Positions 11,400 through 23,840 of a stretch of DNA of 64,000 bases are shown piece by piece. This DNA is from Basidiobolus meristosporus CBS 931.73 (lineage: Eukaryota > Fungi > Basidiobolomycota). Where the stretch lies: NCBI GenBank assembly GCA_002104905.1, contig MCFE01000479.1, forward strand, positions 4,396-68,395, written 5' to 3'. Position numbers and translations under genes: made by a program. Positions within the stretch are counted from its first letter, which is position 1; each line of letters begins with the position of its first letter. The notes beneath the pieces are model-generated. The model was given only the letters and a program-made list of their open reading frames with translations. It did no database searches and was not told the origin of the DNA.

Positions 11400-12830
11400 G
11401 TTGGGAATTTTACTCGGGTATATTGCCAACTCACCACATGTCAGTATCTTGGAAACTCGTTTAGCAAGATCTTTACGTTGATTCACATGGGTATTTCGAC
11501 TTCAATCGAGAGAAGCACCACACGCTCCACTGCTCCACACACAAATCGGTACAAACCAAGCATACGGAGATGGGTACTCTAACTCGGCCTTGTTCGAAAG
11601 GCGAGTTCAGAGAATCGAATCATGTGCTATGATCAGTTCAGAAAAATCAGCTGAGTGGGGACGGTATTGGATATCACTAGTCATCCATTTTTCATATCCA
11701 CAGGCTAATGGGATTTATTCTGTGATGAGGGCGTTGAAGCTATCCGACGGGTTTAAGGCTTATATCCTCTAATACACCAGTGATGACCGAACAGCTCAAT
11801 CGCTGTGGACGAAATGTGGGGCTCCAAAACCATCAAGAAGTGGCAGGAGATCCGAGTACGTTTCGGAGGATATAGTTGGTTTCGAGGATTTCTCTTGGCA
11901 CATCCGCATTCCACACATGTCAAGACAGCTTTCGATGGGTAGATTAATGATTCCACCCTACATCATGTGTTGGGTGTTGAGTGGGTTTGTAACGTTGGTA
12001 CCCAAAAACTGATCGGGGAATTTCCCAATAAACCTAGGGGAGATGTGGTGGGAGTGAATTCCCCAAACCATGGGACCACTGTTTGGCTCGTCGTAATCTG
12101 GGTCTATAGTTCCGCTGGGATCCCTGGATAAGCCAAGCTTTTCACCAAGGAGAGAAGATTGGTAGCTTCCTCCAGCCCCTGGAATCTTACATCATTTTCT
12201 ATTTCGGATGCCAGCCATTCGTGGCAAATCGGACTAATTGACTGTAAAGGTTCATGGACATATATGGACCCATTCAGCTGTGTTACTCACACTGCCGTGC
12301 CACCGAAGTCTAAAGCCAGATGGGTGGCATTGGGTGAGCATGACTGAGTGTAAGGGTGAGCCAGCAGCTACAGAATAGTGAATCAACCATACATAAGCAA
12401 GAACGGTGCAACCAGCCTACGGGTCACAATCACAGTTGGCCATACTAGCCAGTATACATTGTGTAATCCAAAGGGGGATCCCGAGAAGCTAACGAATTTC
12501 TATCTGTGGGCCGTAGTAGATAGAGTTCCCTGGACCTTATTAGATACATCAAAACCTTACGTGGTTCCATTGTTACATACGAATCATCGTACTCAGCTGC
12601 TTTCCCAATTTGGACACGCATGATAGTCTGAATACTTGGTGCTCTGGCACCAATCACGCGCCAGCGTCGTCTTTCGGAGAAATCTCGAAGCTTGAGAGGC
12701 TTTTTGTGTGCTAATGAGTTTAGCACAGTTTGGGAGTGAGGTTGGTTGGGATCTTTTCATATATACAGATCCATGCGCCGTTTGCAATACTCCTCTGTGA
12801 TGTGCAATGGAGTAGCCAAGACCTCCTTCC
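11400..12830 (-). mobile_element. Possible fossil DIRS-type (tyrosine recombinase) retroelement
   Basis: Minus-strand translation across stops gives weak DIRS-like pieces in the expected order: RNase H-like GGLGYS..TAHG, methyltransferase-like GLHNVY..LVAPF....[TGA=W]FTIL.LL, then recombinase-tail-like GACGASLD...THVN. Judged by eye only. Confidence 0.3.
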
Positions 12831-13201
12831 AAATAAGGCCACCTCTCCCAAATGAGCCTACCTACCTACGGTGAGCAAAGTATTTCTCATACATACTGGA
12901 TCTCGCCTGCTGAACATTCCACTTCCTCCTAGGCCGGCTTAAACTGGTAATCATTTTCCTTTAGTAACGTTACCACCGAGTGGTACTTTTTCCGTTGCAT
13001 TCCGCTATTTCATGTGCCCACAATCCACTTCCCATCGTGGAAGTTTCATTGAATCGGCGTTCAAACTACAACATTTCATTTATTCGTTTAATCACTGAAG
13101 GTTCATTGCCTTTCGCTCACTGGCTTAGCTATTAATTTCTCTGCTATTCATATTATCACTACAGAAAGCTATGTTGGACTGAGGAACTATACATGATGCG
13201 C

Positions 13202-15373
13202 TCAATACTTTCTTTGTTCTTGGATATGTTGTATCCTAGGCTCTTCTAAGTTATACGCGCGAGATCCCCATTCTGGGTTGGGGTCCTTCACCAGGTTGGC
13301 GTGAGCGTCTCCTACATTGCTGCCAGAGTTGGCCTTCAATTTGGCATTTTCAATGTTGTCCATTAGTTGTTCATCCATCTTCATCATGACTTCTTGCATT
13401 TTGATGGGGACTTGCTCCTCAATTGCCTTCCTGACTTTGGAGTTAATGATCGGGGACAAGATCTTATACAAGAAGTCTCTCTTGGAATCATGAATATTAA
13501 GCTTCAGATCCTTCGCAACGGTACTAATGTCACGCACTTGATAAACATGGTTGCGACCGGTTACGGGATCCGGGGTGGGAGTGGTGTTCAATGTCATATC
13601 CATGGTGATTCCATCATCAGGCATCAAGAGGTCAACATATCCAACATCAGAAATTTTCGGGAAGGTCTTCTTCTTGTAGTAGAAAGCAATGTCTTTGGCT
13701 TCTACCTGGATATTTGCAAACTTGATGAACACGTTGTTGTGCAAGTTCTGTTGGCTATTAGGATTAGTGTCAATAACCGTGTCGGTCTTAACGTGCACAA
13801 AATCAGGAGCAATGTTGGTACACTTGAGCACGATATTATCCAAAATCATATCAAACTGCTCATCCGAGTTCTCTATACGGGGCAGTGGTAGATACTCCAA
13901 CTTCTTGGCAATGACTGGTATCAATTTGGCGAAATCCTTAACGAGATCATATTTGATGGTGGGTTTACCACTCTCATCAAGGAACATGTCTTTAGTCAAG
14001 GTTTCCAAATCACGAGCGAAAGCCTGTGTGGTACGATCATGTTGAAGCGATTGATTGAATTCGGTTGCTTCATTGCTGATGTTTTGGAAATGGCTGCGAT
14101 ACTTGCGATCCATGATATTTTGCCCTCTGTCAATGAAACTGCTAGCCTCTTTCTTGTATTCTGGTCTGTCCACAAATTCATTCTCGCGGATTGAGCGGTG
14201 GAAGAAGGCCTTGATATCGTCGATAAACGCCTGGAGTTCATGGTCATTCGCAAATTCATCGGTCAGTTTCTCAATTGCTCGGATCAAAGGGTCCAAGGAT
14301 TTGTTGCCTGCGAAGTTTTCGACCAATTGCTTGGCATTGGAGCGGGCAATCGAGATGTCGTCTCCACCAGCTTCGCGTTTGGACTGAGCTGTATCGGCAA
14401 TCTGCGACTGGACATTGGAGCCGTGAGACTTCAAGGAACTGGCAATTTCGGAGAGCTCATCAATTGCTTGTTGGAATTCCGGGTTCTTCTGAAGCTCGCG
14501 GATTACAGCCTTTACACGGTTGATCAAATGATCCTCCTGTTGTGAGGAGAGGCGTACATTCTTTAACCGATTCTGGATACCTTCCTGCATGTCCTGCATT
14601 GATCCTTTGGCAGCGTCTGCGGCAGGCATTTTTCCATCCTCTGCCTGTTCCACATATGGCTTGACAACTTTCTTGGCAGACTCATAGAGTGGTCTACCAC
14701 TTTGCTGTAATGTCTCCTGGACTCGTTGGCCCGCTTCATCAGCACTAATCTCTTTGTCGTGAGGTATTCCAGATGAATCAGTATGCTGGGTACCTCCGGT
14801 TTTGGACAAATTCTGACTCTGCTCTGGGTGTTGCGAGACGTTTCCAGCAACGAGTTCTTGGAAGATGGATGTAATATCGTTCATTAAACGACGGAATTGA
14901 GATGAAGTAACCAACAACCATCCAACTCTGGTGACTTTATCAGCACCTTCAGAAAGTAGGTTCTTTGTCTCATCTGCACTACCAGAGAGCTGCTGCTTCG
15001 TCTGCGAGATTTCGTTGCCGGACTGAGCGGCTTTACCGCCTTGCATTGAATGGTAGATGACGTTTTGCAGATTGTCATCAGCATTTTTCTCGGTAAGCAG
15101 TTGCTTGGTGGAATCTAGGAGTTTCTCAGCATCAGCCATAACTCTTCTTCCTGAGGAGCTCATATTCGAAGAGACGTTGTGAAGGGTGTTGTCCTCTTGC
15201 ACAGACTGGATCGCACCAGTGATCTGGGCGGTTGACGGCATTTTGCCTTCTTGAGCGGCTTGCACCATGTTGACAACATGCTCTTTCTTTTGGAGCACTT
15301 CTTGCTCTTTAGTAGCCGGGCGAGCTGAAGGAACGTTTGTAGAGGTTGGGAGAGTATGTTTGTTGTGGTCCAT
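13202..15373 (-). CDS. HAM1-like / DUF4449 family protein (723 aa, single exon; probable BPI/TULIP-like fold)
   Basis: Long intact ORF; N-terminal GKMPSTAQI and LLTEKNADDNLQ motifs, helical middle, C-terminal YLPLPRIE..DNIV..IAFYYKKKTFPKISDVG..HD..YKI typical of this fungal family. Confidence 0.8.
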   Translation of the reverse strand: MDHNKHTLPTSTNVPSARPATKEQEVLQKKEHVVNMVQAAQEGKMPSTAQITGAIQSVQEDNTLHNVSSNMSSSGRRVMADAEKLLDSTKQLLTEKNADDNLQNVIYHSMQGGKAAQSGNEISQTKQQLSGSADETKNLLSEGADKVTRVGWLLVTSSQFRRLMNDITSIFQELVAGNVSQHPEQSQNLSKTGGTQHTDSSGIPHDKEISADEAGQRVQETLQQSGRPLYESAKKVVKPYVEQAEDGKMPAADAAKGSMQDMQEGIQNRLKNVRLSSQQEDHLINRVKAVIRELQKNPEFQQAIDELSEIASSLKSHGSNVQSQIADTAQSKREAGGDDISIARSNAKQLVENFAGNKSLDPLIRAIEKLTDEFANDHELQAFIDDIKAFFHRSIRENEFVDRPEYKKEASSFIDRGQNIMDRKYRSHFQNISNEATEFNQSLQHDRTTQAFARDLETLTKDMFLDESGKPTIKYDLVKDFAKLIPVIAKKLEYLPLPRIENSDEQFDMILDNIVLKCTNIAPDFVHVKTDTVIDTNPNSQQNLHNNVFIKFANIQVEAKDIAFYYKKKTFPKISDVGYVDLLMPDDGITMDMTLNTTPTPDPVTGRNHVYQVRDISTVAKDLKLNIHDSKRDFLYKILSPIINSKVRKAIEEQVPIKMQEVMMKMDEQLMDNIENAKLKANSGSNVGDAHANLVKDPNPEWGSRAYNLEEPRIQHIQEQRKY

Positions 15374-18291
15374 TTTGAATTGTATGATAGCTAGTCAAGG
15401 TACCGTACAAGAATATATATTGAGAAGTCGACCAAGGTCTGTTGACGTCACCTATGTGACGTGAACAGAACGGAAGACTTGAAGTGCACATAAAGACCTG
15501 AATACCAATGTTAATTGGTGAGAAAAGCATAAGCAGTTTCACCTTCTTTGAATAGCTAAAGCTATGGATCGTATATTCATTGTATTTGACTGACTGTACA
15601 CTGCTGGCAGGATTTAACAGCTAATACGGATATCTCCTAGCTTCGCCCCTGTTTGAAATCCTGTTTGGCAGTGAAGCAGTAGGCTAATGCTGTATACTTC
15701 GAACACCGATCTTTCTCATCAGCCGGCTCACCGTTTGATCAACTAGCTCAATGTTTAATCACTAGGGCCTCAAAATCCGCCGATCTTAGCTTGTCTTCGA
15801 TAAATACATTCTTCCATTAATTGGATCAAGTATTTGGACATGTCATTCCCAGTCATCAGATTGCTGAAAGCATCGACATGCAACGTCTGCTAACAAGGGG
15901 ATGCATACGTCATTATTACGTACCTCCTCGAGGCAACGTCGCAATTCAAACTCAGTTTCCAACAAGATGGAAGTCGAACTGAATTGGACAAGTAATGTAC
16001 TGACGCTTGGAATTCTACGGCAGAAATCAATTGATTGCGCACTTGCAACCTCAGGTCTGTTCATCCTGTCAAGACGCAACGTATCGTTTGGCATTGTAAG
16101 CTGATCTACTAACAATAAAGATTGGGTTTGCAAGTCAAACCTCCGATTGACAAATCATCCATCATTACCTCCACTAAACAAACGCGACTATTGGAATTGG
16201 TCTATCTTTAGACACTTGCCAAGTTTGCTGGAGTGTATCGAATTTATGCCACGATGGCCATCATGACCTGGTTTGTTTTATCGCCAAGCATCTGAAAGCA
16301 CAGGCAATCTTACAATCTATTTAAATGGTATATTGTCTGGACCTATTCTGCAGCAACCAGAACCCATATGCTGAAAAGTTCACGTGAACTGCGCCCTCAG
16401 AAGCATTGCACCAAAGTTCAATTGAGGCTAGCTGCATCCCGTAGGCCATAATGTCCCCCAAGGTTCGGTCTTGTACAACTAGTGCTATAGCAGATGCTTC
16501 AGAGGCTATCTGCTGTCAATAAAAGACAGTAGTAATCAACCCACTTCACATGTAGGCTATCAGAAATGCCTGAGAATCGCTTCACCTTGCACCAGCTATT
16601 GAATCCCGGCCAGTTGCGTCAAAAGTGGATGGGGTCTACTCTGCATTTACCTACATATACCATATGTAGTCGGCAGCAGAGTAGCAAAGTCCACATATCT
16701 TGCCCAGATTTCATCCACAATCAGAAGCGTCAGGAGGTACGTCATGAATGGAGAACATCACTACTCGCACCCCAGGCCAGCCAATAGTAGCGATCACCCC
16801 TGGCGCTATTTCTAGCGCATTCCCCAGATAGGAAACAAGCCCATTCACCTATGCGCTCCTGGCAAATAGCTGCCCTCCATGTATGGATTTTCAAGCCTAT
16901 AGATTTATCCAGAGGGAACAATCGGGCTTCATTATTCATTCAACACATAGATTAGGCTCCTTAACCATGGAATTTGGAACCGAGGATATGAGGACTATAG
17001 ACACGCAACTTGGTTACGACCTAAGAGATCACTACGCCCCGTGGTTGTCAGCCAATTGGATTATCCTGGTGGCATGCAGTCACTCAGATTGTCTGGGATT
17101 TTTATGACTGTTTTGTGGAAGCGCGGGCCTTGTACATATCGTTGATTTGGATAGGATCATTACTGGTCGTAATTAACATCGTGTCAATATCCTGAATAAT
17201 GAAAGTTGTGAATAATTTTTGTCAAGAGGGCTTACTATTGGCACTCAGAACGACTCCTATATTTCTAGAAACAACAAACAATCTGGATTAGCGTATGCTC
17301 GCTCTATCCCCGTCGGAGATCTTTGTACCTTCTTTCTGTAGAAAGCTTCCCAGCAGCGGTAAACGTTACTATTTAGCAGGTTAAGGTCTCGTTCGTTGAC
17401 CGATTGTATGTTCCTCAAAACATCGTGAGTCGGGATTATTAACGAGCCAGAGTCGGCAGTTCGAACTTCGTTCCTGGTACGATGTTTCAAGCAATATTCG
17501 CGACCCAATATTTGTTTCATCGCAACGGATAACCCCCCATATGCATTTTCACGGAATCCATCCGCCATTCACGGCCACTCTCATTGATAGAACTGCCTCC
17601 CAAACAACCAGCAATGACGCTAGAAGTCCCGTTAAGATCTCAGAGCCATATGCGATTGGGATGCTCGAGGTACCCTGGCATGTGAGACAAAAGCTGGGAT
17701 TCTCATTAGCGACTATATTTATCACTTGCTTGTAGCAACAGAAAATCCTTCCGCGCATTTAGGGATCTCTCAGAACTGAATTTCGGACATTTGCCCTGCA
17801 GCCAAGTTTACAAATTTGTTCGAATCAAATCTGATATTCTGTCACAACGGCATTAGGGGGTGCTGTAGATTAAAGCTCCATGAATGTATCATTCCGCACT
17901 GCTCCTCATACCATCGATGAGACATCTTGATATATAACTCCATGCAACACCACCCAAACCTTAAGCTGTAATTGAGAGGAATTTATGCACGTTGTAGCTA
18001 ACTGACGGTATATATAGAATCCGGCTTCCTCTAAATCTGTCTACAAACACTCCACTAGCCCCGGCCACTTTTGAAATTCTCTAAATTGGTTGCTCCTCCT
18101 GGCGACTGGCTTCCACTCCACGTTGTTATCATAGTATAGCGATAGAGGGTCAAACATACGCGTGTTGGTTGTAATCTGGCACTGATTTATAGAAGCGGTA
18201 TTAACACCTCGTGACCTGCCTGACTGCCATATCATTGAAGCTACACGCCAGCTCCCCATTAAGCAGAGATCTTGAATATTTGAACGCAACC

Positions 18292-19757
18292 ATGCTCCCT
18301 CTACACAGGGGATGGGCCATATGGATGGTGCTTGGCGTGCTGTTATTCTGTAATATTGTCAGCAGCCAACCTCCTAATACTTCCAAGGGTAAGGCTCCTC
18401 GAGTACACTCAGACACCTCGAGGACCATTCGGCGACGTCAACACGACCCAATTTCCCCCATTGTTTCCCACACACAAGACCCCAACCATCACAATGGACT
18501 GCCTACCACTGAACAGAATAAGCCCCATGTTACCCACGGGTCTGAGAGTCATGGACATGGGGAAGTAAAGAACCATGGCCATGGGGAAGCAAACAACCAG
18601 GGCCACGGGGAGGCAAAGAGTCATGAACATGTGGAAGGAAAGCACCATGCACGACCAAAGCAACATCGTGAGGATTCAGACGAGCTTGAAGAGAATCATT
18701 TTTTCTCCGACTTCGCCCCTCATGGATCGATTTTCTTCTATATGTTTACCACTATCACGGCAACCTTAAACATATGTGCATCATCGGCGGTTATCTATAT
18801 ATCCTATGTCGACTATCAGGAGATCAAATACCGTAATCGAGAGAAAACCAAGAAACCTCATCTATCCTCCTCCATAAGATTCCCCTTCTACATCGCCATC
18901 CTAGATCTGTTCCTGGGATGCATCACGCTATTTATGGTGGCCGATACGATGTACTGGGACGAGCTGCCATCCTCGCGTACATGTGCGATCGTAGGCGGGA
19001 TTATCTATTTGGGCACGTTTATCGAGATGACTGTGGTCGGAACGGTAGCGATAGTAACCTACCTGCAGCTGGTCCGAAAGGTCGATGTTTATTTGGGGAA
19101 ATGGGATTGGAAGGTCTGGGTTGGGTGTGGGCTCAGCTGTCTTGGAACTGCTATAGCTGGCATTCACACACGAGGCTTCGGGCCCGATTTGTACTGGTAG
19201 GTGGCAGATATATTGCATTCTCTTCAAACCCTTACTAATCTGAGCTTAGGTGCCTGGTTAATGAACACACATACGCTGGCCACGTTTTCCTGAAGCTATT
19301 CCTTAGCGTCCATTACGTGGTTTTATTCATAGTTTTAGTCTGCTACCTGCTGGTCCTTCATGACATGATCTTCAAGCCCAACACTGAGACTCACCTGCAC
19401 ATACAGCCTGGGAAAGTCAAGCGTACACTGAGCATTCATTCAAGTCATCGTTACAGTACGACCCTCATCAATGCCGTTCAAAAGCATAGAAAGCATACCG
19501 AAAATCTAGGAATTGCATTATTCCTACACGTATTCCATTTCACACCGGCCATCGTGCATATGATATTGCAACTGAAAGGCTACCATCGTGCTTGGGTGTA
19601 CGTAGTTGCTGCCGCCTTTCTGCAGCTAGGCGGGGTGCTCAATGGGGTGGAGGTCTTCATTCATCGAAAGCCAGTCCATCCCAAGTGGAAGATACAGGTA
19701 GACGAACGGAATTTCGAGGATGACTCCAAATTAGCAGTGAATGAGGCATTCGACTAG
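18292..19757 (+). CDS. Git3/cAMP-receptor-like 7TM GPCR with signal peptide and His-rich N-terminal ectodomain (470 aa)
   Basis: Exons 18292-19196 and 19250-19757 (53-bp GT-AG intron; 1413 nt, in frame); seven hydrophobic segments, RFPFYIAILD, ECL2 PDLYWC, terminal LGGVLNGV. Confidence 0.85.
18550..18645 (+). repeat. 4 x 24-bp coding minisatellite (HGHGEVKN/HGHGEANN/QGHGEAKS/HEHVEGKH)
   Basis: Four imperfect in-frame 24-nt units read directly. Confidence 0.9.
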
Positions 19758-22342
19758 AATGTCTCTGGATGCGGAATTCATAACTCTGGTAGTTCATGAG
19801 CTTCTTGCAATCAAATCTTCTAGAGACACATCGTCTAACCACGCCTTTTGCCGCCTCTAAGTGTCTCTCGACTGATTATTCATCACCCTGACTCGCCACA
19901 ATAAACCATATCAATGAAGTATTTATATATATGTAGGTATATGTATACCAGGCGATGACGCCAATGATGGTACGAGGATGTGCATGCGCGGCAACTGCTT
20001 CATGACTATTTAGATATTCCTCGACAAAAAAGTAAGCCATTTAGGAGGTCCAGTTTCCACATACAAGGATGAGATGGATCCTATCGATCAACGTACAAGT
20101 CCATCAATATTGTATATACTGATCTGTGGTCCTTGTTTGCCAGGGAGAGCCCCATCCCTTGGCGTGATCATTGAATGAGGCTATTCCACGAAGCCCCTTG
20201 ATTAATCATGATGAGATATCTCGAGCATGCCAAGTTGCGTTCTAGATTCGACTGATCTGTGCTCAACTTGGACCGGCCGTTTCGATAAAGATTCGATCCA
20301 TTATCCGCCTGTGCACCAGGGGAATGGCATTAATTAGTCAATAGCCCCTTACGATTCCCAGTCAACCGTAAAGAGCCAAATAGACCCTTCTCTATATTAA
20401 AAGCACCTGAGGACTGCTATTTGTGACTGTCGCCACGCTTGGAAATCCAATCTCTTTGGCTCCTTGAACGAAAAATAATTGATGTCCCACCTCAATTACC
20501 AAATCTGATGCTGTTCCTGATTGGCGTAAGAGCCTTCCCACGGCCAGAATGAGCAATGTATTGGTATGAAACCAGGCCTGCTGAATAGTGATACATTTGA
20601 GGGAACTCCCATCAATCCCTCCATCCATGCCTCATGTGAAATGTAATCACACTTTCAACCTTATGTTTGCAGAGCATGGCATGGAATTGCCCAAAGTAAT
20701 CTGGAATTGATTAACTCGGAAAACGGGTGCAACGTTCATTGAGCGATTTTCACCCACAAAGCCTAGGCATGCACTATTTGATGCATACCAGCCCCACCCA
20801 TCGCGACGACACTATAGGCCTGGCAGAGGACGGCTTACATTTCTGTTAGGATCCATTAGATTTTGTACGTACTATTTGGGCAAGCTCTAATGATTCCTGC
20901 TATATATGTCGCCTCATGGTTGCGGTCACTAAACCAACCCCAAGCATAATGAATATTACTTCATTTATCTTCCGAAGATGCTGGTTAGTATTACGGGAAA
21001 ACTCTCACAGTCAAGATAATCAGGACCACCAAGCCCGATTTAGGTCTATCTCGCCCACTCTTCTAATAAAGTACTGCGTTTGAGCAACCGACAGCCTATG
21101 ACCCGCCGGTGTATATTATTTTCGCCTGCACAGTAACTTAGCAGTCCACCTCCCGATCAATACAGGAATTGGAGAATCCTTCATTTCTAGAAAGGCGAAT
21201 TCATGCGGCGATTAGCCTATCCCTAGTGCGCACAAGTTGGCTGGCGGCAAAATATTTTGCCTTTTCAATGGCACGTAGTGGGCAGACACACAGGGTATGT
21301 CATTGCTCTGCATGCTGTATCCAACCCGCATGTTTTAGAGGCCTTCAGCTCATCAGCCCTGGCATCGTGGATCTAGACAGCTATCTAGATCGCTTCCTTC
21401 CAGAGGGCACCTCCGCGATTCAAACGGTAACGGGGAGAAGGCGCCTGCATGGGTTGGCCTACCATCCGGCTCTTCCATGCCCGCAGACCCCTCTGCTTCC
21501 AAGTTTGGACGATTGCTTGGTCATCACTTGCGAATGTTATTGCAGCCCATAAACATCGGTGGGATAAGCTTAAATCGAACATTGGAACTTCTTAGCTGGA
21601 CATTTGTTTTTTCTTATTTGTGACACAGCGCACCTAATATGGCCGATTTCTCAAATGAAATTTCGTGGGCTTTCGATCTTCTACCTCGAAGTCCATCCAC
21701 CAATAAATCGACACTGCTACAGCAAGAGGATCAAGCTTAGGGTTGCACAATGGGGCCACCAAGTGCTAAGTTTGTGGCGTCTCGAATGTGGATAAATTAC
21801 CCGCATGCAGATCATAAGGTTGGTCGGCAAGCTCATCTTGACCATCAATCTCTTGTGGTGCGCGGCTGCCAAATACCCAACGTGCAGCAGAGAATGTCGA
21901 GTTGCCTGTGGCCAATACGCGTTGGAGCACAGATTAAATGGATTTGTGTGATGGAAATTAGTTGGACAAGAAAGGGTCCTTTCATGCGGTAATCAAGTTC
22001 AAGTTGGCTTGTGTCCCAACGGAATCGGCACTTGTTCTTCGACAGCCATGCTGACGGTGCATCGAGTTTTTGGATTTTTTAGCTAATCAGAGCGGTGTGA
22101 ATCAGTCGGTGATACGAGCGTCTGACCAAATATCACCTCAATATTATATTTAGGATACCGCTTGATTAGAGGGATGGTGTGCCGTATCTTTACCAAGTCC
22201 CGAATTTGCTGATCATTGGTAGCTTTGGAACAGATAAAATCACCACCGAAGACCAAGAATCGCCGAAATATCTTGTTTCCCTCCCTTTCCCATTCTCCTC
22301 ACTGCGTCCTTCCCATTTGCGCCTGAAGGTGTCGTCGGATTC

Positions 22343-23840
22343 ATGGCATCAACAATCAACACCAATTCCTGGGACTATGATCCTGGGTATGACCTTAGAT
22401 TAAAAGGAGACTTCGAGAATAATGCTGTAATGATCATCAATGTGGTCTTGAATTCGGCATCCATACTGTGCGGCTCCTTGGTACTGATCATTTATTTCGC
22501 TATACGCTCCTTCGAGCCAAAGCTCATGGATCGTGTATCGCTAAGACTGACTGCCGCTATATCAGCTGTGGACGTCCTGAAAGCTGTGGTTTATATTCTT
22601 TTTACTTTCGTTGCTGTCAGTGGGCCCGCATGTGATTTTTCTGCATGGTACGCTTATCTCTTAGCCTGGTGAGTGTTCTCTTGACTAACATGTGATTTAG
22701 GGCGATTATCTTCCTGACGAACTACTACATCTTCTTGACATGTATGATTGCTTTCAATCTGCAGTATGTCTTCCTACACAACAAACCCTACCATCCCAGC
22801 CTGGAACGCATATACTTCATTGCCTCTTTCCTCCTCTCTGTTGCCACCACTGTCCCTGCCTGGGCTGCGGGCAGAGTTGGATGGGATGACAATGTTGGGG
22901 TGTGCTGGTGGAAAAACTATTCTAGTAAGCGTACAAGAGCATGGGAGTGGGGATGCTTCTTATTTTGGGTCGTTGCCTGTTCAATCTACTGCCTCGTGGT
23001 GGTGATACTGGTGATCACTAAGCTGGAGATGAATCTTCGCAAGCTCGATCGGTTCAACAACGCCATGCCTCTTGGAACCCATGGGTCGTTGGAGGAACGC
23101 AGAAGAAAAACCCACAAGACAATTAAGCAGCTGGTAGCTAGAATTGCGTTGTATACTCTGATTCCAATCGTAACCCAAGGTGGGTTCATTTTGATGGAAA
23201 TATGGTTGCAGTTCAAGCACGAAATGCATCCTGGTATCAACTACTGGTCCGTCATCGGTACCGATCTCCCCGGTGAGTGCTGTTTGGTTCCATGGAGAAT
23301 ATCTTGAGCTAACCTTACGTCCAACCTCCAGGTATACTGAATTTAGTGGCGTTTTTGATGGATCCCGCCCTACACAACTCAGTCAAGGTCGTTCGTGAAA
23401 GCCTGATCGCCAAGTATTACCACGAGGAGTCCTATCAAAGAACCACTATGCCTTTGAAGAACCAACCGTCATATAGCACCTCCTCGGAGCCCGAATACTA
23501 TGTATCTACCTGGACTCGCTTCATGAGATACTTTGTTCGCTATTTCGTCGGGTCGAAGTGTGATAGTACTGGGTCTACTTTTTACCGGATGTCGTCCAAC
23601 CACAATTCGTCCAACACGGATAGAGTGTGCTACACACCCACCCATCTCCAGGTTGTCAACTCGAACATCAACGGCGAGCCTATCGAGATGAACGACCTAA
23701 GAGACAGCCCTACCTGGGATCAGAATAGCCACACTATAGGGTTTCTGGAGGCCGATACTGCCCTGGCTCTACAAGACCAGACCAGAACCACTCCCAAGGA
23801 AGAAAAAGAAAAATTGGGAAAATTCATCCGAGGATTATAA
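22343..23840 (+). CDS. cAMP-receptor/Git3-like 7TM GPCR (461 aa)
   Basis: Exons 22343-22647, 22701-23272, 23332-23840 (1386 nt, in frame); motifs DRVSLRL, IAFNLQYVF, GVCWW, RIALYTLIPI, GILNLVAFLMDP. Confidence 0.88.

Noticed and set aside
11590-11772. Plus-strand HFSYPQANG resembling the gypsy integrase YHPQTNG motif
   Set aside because: No supporting DDE context or LTRs; the minus-strand DIRS reading is more coherent, though also weak.
15600-17800. Short minus-strand ORFs (15843..16133, 17257..17568, 17549..17758) as a decayed gene
   Set aside because: No recognisable motif or consistent splice model.
21169-21552. 127-aa ORF with a CHCSACC cluster
   Set aside because: TTG start, no domain context, probably spurious.
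19197-22700. Both GPCRs have a 53-bp intron splitting a TGG codon
   Set aside because: The introns sit at non-homologous positions (ECL2 versus start of TM3); coincidence within a narrow intron-size range.
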